A stretch of 39,263 nucleotides of DNA from Gemmatimonadales bacterium (GTDB lineage Bacteria; Gemmatimonadota; Gemmatimonadetes; Palauibacterales; KS3-K002), in the NCBI GenBank assembly GCA_050118275.1, contig JASFLD010000001.1:1-39263 (forward strand). The letters run 5' to 3'. Below the pieces are notes generated by a model that saw only the letters and a program-made list of their open reading frames with translations, was not told where the DNA came from and ran no database searches. The position numbers were made by a program, and so were the translations under genes. Below, one piece after another: positions 33,969-39,263 of the stretch. Within the stretch, counting starts at the first letter, position 1. Each line of letters begins with the position of its first letter.

Positions 33969-34194
33969 GCGAATCGGTTAGGTCGCGGATCGCCCGGTTG
34001 CAGTCCGGGGCTCGAGCGCGTAAACGCGAGGCGAGGCCAGCCGGCGATGACTGGGTGGTGCCAGTTGGGGGGTGCAAGCGGTGTGTGGTGACGTGCGTTC
34101 GCGAGCGGTAACTTGCCAGGTGTGGTAGGGTTGTGAGTGCGGAGGGCGCGATACGAGAGGTGGTGAATCTGGAGAACGACGAGGAGTTTCGGGC

Positions 34195-35052
34195 ATGAAG
34201 CTTTGCTGGGGCTTACTCGCCTGCTCGCTCGTCGGGTTGAGCCCGGCAGCGGCGCCGCTGGTCGGACAGAGTTTCGATCACACGCAGCTCGATACCGTTT
34301 TGGCGCGGTTCGTTCAAGACGGACGGGTCGATTATGCGGCGCTCGCGATCGATCGCGAGGGACTCGACCTGTACCTCGATGAGGTGGCGACGGTGGCGCC
34401 GGCGGAGTTCGACAGCTGGCCCCGGAAGGAACAAGTGGCATTCCTGATCAATGCCTACAACGCCTACGTGCTGGAGACGGTGATCGATCACTATCCCATC
34501 GAGGGCAGCAGCTTCTTCAAGAAACTGATTTCACCGAAGCGTTTCGCGTTCCCCGACAATTCGATCCGTCATATCGATGGCGCCTTCGACGGGATCACGC
34601 ACAAGGTCGCGGGGCGGGACATGACGCTCGACGAAATCGAGCACGGTACGCTACGCGCCGAATACGACGAGCCGCGAATTCATTTCGCGCTGGTCTGCGC
34701 CGCCGTGAGTTGTCCGCCGCTGCGCGAAGAGGCATACAGCGGAAGCCGGCTGGATGAACAACTCGACGAGCAAGGGCGTCTGTTCCTCAACGACCCGCGC
34801 CTCAACCGCTTCGAGCTCGAGCGCGGTGAGGTCTATCTTTCGAAGATCTTCGATTGGTTCGGCGATGATTTCAGCGGCTATGCGGACGATTCGATCCAGG
34901 CGGCCAATGGCAAGATTCGTGGGGTATTGGCGTTCGTGTCTCGCTATCTTCGCGAGCGGACCGTCGAGTTTCTTCGCTCCGCCGACTACGAAGTCCATTT
35001 TCTGAGCTACGATTGGACTCTGAACGACCAGGCCGTCGCCGCAGCCCAGTGA
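34195..35052 (+). CDS. DUF547 domain-containing exported protein
   Basis: Signal peptide. LINAYNAYVLETVIDHYP and PRIHFALVCAAVSCPPLREEAY are the DUF547 hallmarks as I recall them. Confidence 0.8.
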   Translation: MKLCWGLLACSLVGLSPAAAPLVGQSFDHTQLDTVLARFVQDGRVDYAALAIDREGLDLYLDEVATVAPAEFDSWPRKEQVAFLINAYNAYVLETVIDHYPIEGSSFFKKLISPKRFAFPDNSIRHIDGAFDGITHKVAGRDMTLDEIEHGTLRAEYDEPRIHFALVCAAVSCPPLREEAYSGSRLDEQLDEQGRLFLNDPRLNRFELERGEVYLSKIFDWFGDDFSGYADDSIQAANGKIRGVLAFVSRYLRERTVEFLRSADYEVHFLSYDWTLNDQAVAAAQ

Positions 35053-37193
35053 GCGGCCCAGCGGTCATCGCGACGATCGTAACGGCGTCCGCATTGACGT
35101 TCGTCGCGGACGCCTCCGCGGGAACAGGACCGCGCGGCCAGTCGGGCCCCTACGCCCACTCCGCCACGGTCCAGGCGGCGCAGGTCCCGGAAAAGGCTTG
35201 GAATGCCCCCCGCGTGCGCGAGTTGGTTACCCGGTCGATCGAGCGCCGCGCCGGCTGGTTGCAAGACGAGCGTCTGCTGGACTACCAGGCGGTGGCGACC
35301 GGCCACATCTACTTTCTCTACGACGTCGGTGCCAACACCGAACGCCATCTCGTCAAGGCCGATCAATTGGCCTTGCGGCTATATTGGCGGGCGCCGGATC
35401 GCACCCGCCAAGTGATCGTCGGGCGCCGCGAGGAGAAAGCGCTGCCCACCAGCATCCGCTACCACCTCGATCATCTCACCGTCGTGCTGGACAACCTGGG
35501 CGACCGGATCCGGCTGGGCGAGGGCTCGGAGGTGAGGGATGTGCTCCATCCCGCCGCGGCGAACGCTCTCGACTACTACGACTATCGACTCGCCGATTCG
35601 CTGACTCTCGAGCTACCGGATCGAGAGGTCCGTGTCTACAAGGTCGAGGTGCGCCCAAAAGACCCCCACAGCGCCGGCGTCGTCGGCGCTGTCTACCTGG
35701 ACCGCAGCACGGCCGACATCGTACGCATGGAGCTCACCTTCACGGCCTCTTCGTATTTGGACGAGACCCTGGATTATTTCAACATGCGGCTCGAGAACGC
35801 GTTGTGGGACGGCAAGTACTGGCTGCCGTACCGACAGGGCATCGAACTCCGACGCGGTATCGACTTCGTGCAGTTTCCCGCCGGCGGAATCATTCGCGCC
35901 GAGTTCCGGATAAGCGACTACCGATTCAACGTCGGCACGCCCGAGGGTTTCTTCCGGGGACCCCGCGTCTCGGCTTTGCCGGCGGCTGCCCTGCAGACGT
36001 ACGAGTTCGAAGCTGGACTGTACGATGCGCTCGACCCGGCCGAGGCCGCCGCGCCACCGTCGCTGGAAGAGATCCGTGCTGAGGCGAAGCGGATCGTCGC
36101 CCAGTATTATCTGCAGCCGTCCACGGGGCTGCGGCCGGCCGTACCGGGGGTCTCGTCGATTTTCCGCTTCCGCCGCGCCGAGGGCTTCTACGTCGGACCG
36201 GCCGTGGGCCGCGATTTCGCGAGCGGCAGCAGCAGCCTCTGGCTGGGTGGCTACGCCATCGGTGCGGAAAAATGGCAACTGTTCGGGCGAATCCGGACGC
36301 CGCTGTTCGGCGCCTACGATCTCGAGCTGTCGGCATATCTGGATCGCGTCACCGATGTGTCGCCCTGGGCCGCCAGCTCGGGTGCGATCGCTACACTGGC
36401 GGCGCTGGTTGCGGGTGAGGACTACCGAGACCCGTACTGGACGACGGGTGGCGTCGTCAGTGTTGGACGACCCTGGGGCGGCTCGCGGGTCCAGGTGTCG
36501 GCGGCGTGGGAGGAGTGGCGGTCAGCGAACCTGGAGGCTGACGCGAACGTCGAACACGACTACCGAGATGTACGCGCTCTGGACACCGGCGACGTCCTCT
36601 GGTTCTCGCTGCGGATGACGCGACCGCCGCCGGGCGCTGCCGAGACGGTGGGCGGCGCGAATTGGGAGGGTCGCGTGGAAGCCGCTACGCAGTCGCTGGC
36701 CGGCGACTTCGAGTATGTGCGTCTGGCGTTGCGCGGCGAACTCGTCTGGCCGCGCCTGGCTGTCGGCACCGGACTGCGCCTGTCGGCAGCTGCGGGCGTC
36801 GTAACGGGCGGGCGGATCGCGGCCCAGCGGTTACTCCCGCTGGGCGGCCGCGGGACCGTGCCGGGATACCGCTTTCACGACTACGTCGGGAACGTCCACG
36901 CCACCGTCGGTGTCGAGCTCAGCCGGCCGCTCTGGTACCCGTTGGTGTCCGTCGATCTGTTCGCCGATGCGGGGTGGGCCGGAATCGAAGGTAACAGCGC
37001 GCGAGACGCCGTGGCTGTCTGGAATCGCGCTGGAGATCTGGCGGGGGAAACTCGCGGCCCGTTGGTCGGTGCCGGCGCGGGCGTCGGGCTCCTGTTCGAT
37101 ATTCTGTGGGTGGAGGTCGCGCGAGGGCTGGTCCAGGGAGGTCGGTGGGAGGTCGTGGTTCGGGTCAGAGGCGAATTCTGGGAGTGGCTCTGA
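35049..37193 (+). CDS. Hypothetical outer-membrane protein with a C-terminal Omp85/surface-antigen-like barrel
   Basis: GTG at 35049 overlaps the DUF547 stop (GTGA), suggesting translational coupling, and is followed by a hydrophobic N-terminus (SGPAVIATIVTASALTFVADASA). The C-terminal LPLGGRGTVPGYRFHDYVGNVHATVGVELSRPL...VDLFADAGWAG...GAGAGVGLLFDILWVEVARG resembles the Omp85 barrel end. Confidence 0.7.
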   Translation: MSGPAVIATIVTASALTFVADASAGTGPRGQSGPYAHSATVQAAQVPEKAWNAPRVRELVTRSIERRAGWLQDERLLDYQAVATGHIYFLYDVGANTERHLVKADQLALRLYWRAPDRTRQVIVGRREEKALPTSIRYHLDHLTVVLDNLGDRIRLGEGSEVRDVLHPAAANALDYYDYRLADSLTLELPDREVRVYKVEVRPKDPHSAGVVGAVYLDRSTADIVRMELTFTASSYLDETLDYFNMRLENALWDGKYWLPYRQGIELRRGIDFVQFPAGGIIRAEFRISDYRFNVGTPEGFFRGPRVSALPAAALQTYEFEAGLYDALDPAEAAAPPSLEEIRAEAKRIVAQYYLQPSTGLRPAVPGVSSIFRFRRAEGFYVGPAVGRDFASGSSSLWLGGYAIGAEKWQLFGRIRTPLFGAYDLELSAYLDRVTDVSPWAASSGAIATLAALVAGEDYRDPYWTTGGVVSVGRPWGGSRVQVSAAWEEWRSANLEADANVEHDYRDVRALDTGDVLWFSLRMTRPPPGAAETVGGANWEGRVEAATQSLAGDFEYVRLALRGELVWPRLAVGTGLRLSAAAGVVTGGRIAAQRLLPLGGRGTVPGYRFHDYVGNVHATVGVELSRPLWYPLVSVDLFADAGWAGIEGNSARDAVAVWNRAGDLAGETRGPLVGAGAGVGLLFDILWVEVARGLVQGGRWEVVVRVRGEFWEWL

Positions 37194-37202
37194 GCGGTTC
37201 GC

Positions 37203-39263
37203 TCAACCGGCCTTGGTCTCGTACCAGTTGCGACCGGCGCCGATGTCGACGCCGATGGGAACCTTGAGCTCGAGCGCTCCTTCCATCTCCGCTCGGACCA
37301 GCGATTCGAAGCTCTCCCGCTGTTCGACGGGTACCTCGAAGAGCAGCTCGTCGTGGACCTGCAGGATCATTCGAGCCCGCCGCTCGCCGCTCTCGAGCTC
37401 ACGGTGGATGTTGATCATCGCCAGCTTGATCAGGTCCGCCGCCGTCCCCTGGATCGGCGAGTTAGTGGCGACGCGTTCGCCGAAGCCACGGATGTTCGGG
37501 TTCTTCGAGTTCAACTCGGGAATGTAGCGCCGGCGGCCGAAAAGCGTCTCGACGTAGCCCTCTTCGCGGGCGCGCTCGACCTGAGCGTCGAGGTAGGCGC
37601 GGATCGCGGGAAAGCGCTCGAAGTAGTTGTCGATGAATTTGCGAGCCTGACCTACGCCGATGCCGAGTTGGCGTGCCAGCGCCGCAGGCCCCTGGCCGTA
37701 GATCGTCGCAAAATTGACGGTCTTGGCCTGCCCCCGCATCGCGGGGGTCACCCTGTCGACGGGCACGCCGAAGATCAGCGCTGCCGTGTCCCGGTGGATG
37801 TCGCGTCCGGCTTGGAATGCCTCGACAAAAGCCGGGTCATCCGATAGGTGCGCCAGAATTCGCAGCTCGATCTGTGAGTAGTCGGCGCCGAGCAAAAGCA
37901 TCCCGTCTGCCGGCACGAATCCCTTCCTGATTTCGGCGCCCAGGGGCGTGCGGATCGGAATGTTTTGCAGGTTCGGATCCGAGCTCGACAGCCGTCCCGT
38001 CGATGTGACGGTCTGGTTGAACGAGGTATGGAGCCGGTGAGTCGCCGGATCGGCCAGCGCGGGCAAGGCATCTATGTAAGTCGACTTCAGCTTCGCCATC
38101 TCGCGGTACTCGAGGATGAGCCGCGGAAGCTGATGACCCTCGATGGCGAGCTGCTCGAGGACCTCGGCGTCGGTGGATGGGCCGGTCTTCGTTCGCTTCT
38201 TGACCGGCAATCCCATCTGGTTGAAGAGCACCTCGCGAAGCTGCATGGGCGAGTTGATGTTCAACTCCCGACCCGCCAACTTGTAGATCTCTTCCTCGAC
38301 TAGCTTCATCTCGACATTTAGCCGCCGGCTCATGGCATCGAAGAACTCGATATCGATGGCCACGCCCGTTCGCTCCATTTCGAGCAAGACGGGCATCAGG
38401 GGCATCTCCAGTTCCTCGAACAGCCGTCGCAGGCCGTAGTCATCCAGCTGACGCGTCAGCCGCGCGTCGATCTGCAAAGCGCAATCGACGCGCTCGGCCG
38501 CGAACGAGCCCGCCTTCCGGGGATCGACGCGCGAGAACGGAATCTCGGACTTTCCTTTGCCGCAGAGGTCTTCGTAGGCGGTGATCTTCCGCCCGAGTTC
38601 CTCCAACGCCAGGGTCGGCAGGTCGTGCTGACGGCGCCCGGGGTCCAGGCAGTAAGAGGCGATCATCACATCCCGCATGGCGCCATTGACCTCCACGCCA
38701 GCGGACTCCAACACCGACAGGCAGCGCTTCAGGTCGTGTCCGACCAGCACGCCCCGCTCGTCGGCCAAGAGCTGAGCGAGCGGCCGCATCTCGCTCGAAT
38801 CCAGGGGGGGTAGATTCTCGAGGGCGGCCGCGCTTCGGTCGGCTAATGCCAGTTCTCCTGGTTGGCCGTCGGCGGAGTGTGCCAGCGGCAAGTAGTAGGA
38901 CCGGCCCGGCTCCAGGGCGATCGCCAGTCCGACGGGGTGGTCCGGATCGGACGGACGGTCGGACCAGACAGCGAGCGCGATACATGAGCGACGACGGGCT
39001 TCCGAGACGATCTCACCGACTCGCTCGACATCCGTCAGCACCTCGAACTCGCGCCGCGCTTCGACGCGGGCCGGCGCGGGCTCTTCAGGCGCTATCTCTC
39101 GTACCAGCGTGTGAAACTCGAGTTCGACGAACAGGTCGCGAAGCCGCTCCCAATTCGCCTCGCCGACGGTCAGTTCATCCAGCTTCAAGTCGATCGGCAC
39201 GTCTTTGCGGATCGTCACGAGATGCTTGGATAGGCGCGCCTCGTCCGAGTACTTCTTCAGGGC
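37203..39263 (-). CDS. polA: DNA polymerase I, partial (5' end beyond the window edge)
   Basis: Family A motifs are present: TGRLSSSDPNLQNIP, DYSQIELRILAHLS, AKTVNFATIYG and QVHDELLFEVP. The reading frame stays open to the window edge (ALKKYSDEARLSKHLVTIRKDVP...), so the ORF-track M at 39218 is an internal GTG Val. Confidence 0.95.
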   Translation of the reverse strand, partial: ALKKYSDEARLSKHLVTIRKDVPIDLKLDELTVGEANWERLRDLFVELEFHTLVREIAPEEPAPARVEARREFEVLTDVERVGEIVSEARRRSCIALAVWSDRPSDPDHPVGLAIALEPGRSYYLPLAHSADGQPGELALADRSAAALENLPPLDSSEMRPLAQLLADERGVLVGHDLKRCLSVLESAGVEVNGAMRDVMIASYCLDPGRRQHDLPTLALEELGRKITAYEDLCGKGKSEIPFSRVDPRKAGSFAAERVDCALQIDARLTRQLDDYGLRRLFEELEMPLMPVLLEMERTGVAIDIEFFDAMSRRLNVEMKLVEEEIYKLAGRELNINSPMQLREVLFNQMGLPVKKRTKTGPSTDAEVLEQLAIEGHQLPRLILEYREMAKLKSTYIDALPALADPATHRLHTSFNQTVTSTGRLSSSDPNLQNIPIRTPLGAEIRKGFVPADGMLLLGADYSQIELRILAHLSDDPAFVEAFQAGRDIHRDTAALIFGVPVDRVTPAMRGQAKTVNFATIYGQGPAALARQLGIGVGQARKFIDNYFERFPAIRAYLDAQVERAREEGYVETLFGRRRYIPELNSKNPNIRGFGERVATNSPIQGTAADLIKLAMINIHRELESGERRARMILQVHDELLFEVPVEQRESFESLVRAEMEGALELKVPIGVDIGAGRNWYETKAG

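Noticed and set aside
35013-35048. Upstream start for the 726-aa ORF inside the DUF547 gene
   Set aside because: GTG at 35049 overlapping the DUF547 stop (GTGA) is the more usual coupled arrangement. It also begins right at the hydrophobic N-terminus.
1-39263. CRISPR arrays, IS elements, integrases, prophage or toxin-antitoxin/defence gene signatures
   Set aside because: I saw no spaced direct repeats, terminal inverted repeats, transposase or recombinase motifs, or known defence domains. Gene content and compositional uniformity look like core chromosome.

Overview
This is a visibly GC-rich bacterial chromosomal segment, densely packed with about 27 protein-coding genes. I found no rRNA, tRNA, CRISPR array, transposase, integrase or phage-like genes. 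The sigma-70 factor lacks region 1.1, and there is a CBM9/DUF5916-type secreted protein plus many exported peptidases. From memory this fits a Gemmatimonadota-like (FCB-group) organism; that is an inference, not a search result.

Most of the content is housekeeping:
- Central metabolism and replication: DNA polymerase I (5' end outside the window), NADP malic enzyme, 6-phosphofructokinase, pseudouridine-5'-phosphate glycosidase, an SDR oxidoreductase and a YfhL-type ferredoxin.
- Envelope and transport: M14 and M61 peptidases, an ABC-2 exporter pair, an FKBP lipoprotein and a sodium:solute symporter.
- Signalling and nucleotide metabolism: a PP2C phosphatase and a SAMHD1-like HD protein.

Two clusters are less ordinary:
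1. A tightly packed six-gene minus-strand operon (24937-31519). An atypical cysteine-bearing ArsR-family regulator is followed by TolC, an MFP adaptor, an RND pump, a small P-II-fold-like protein and a DUF2892 membrane protein. It sits behind a striking AT-rich, near-consensus promoter island.
2. A four-gene plus-strand outer-membrane cluster (31696-37193). It is led by a 133-aa protein whose N-terminus resembles a shortened RemA/DUF370 fold, followed by an Omp85 barrel, a DUF547 protein and a second Omp85-like barrel.

Other points worth a second look:
- A 748-aa secreted protein with an extreme Tyr/Gly/Trp/Arg low-complexity segment.
- A 570-bp apparently non-coding gap between maeB and the symporter.
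- Several structured or dyad-symmetric intergenic elements.

I see no convincing evidence for a defence island or mobile element. All family assignments come from motif recognition by eye and need HMM or BLAST confirmation.
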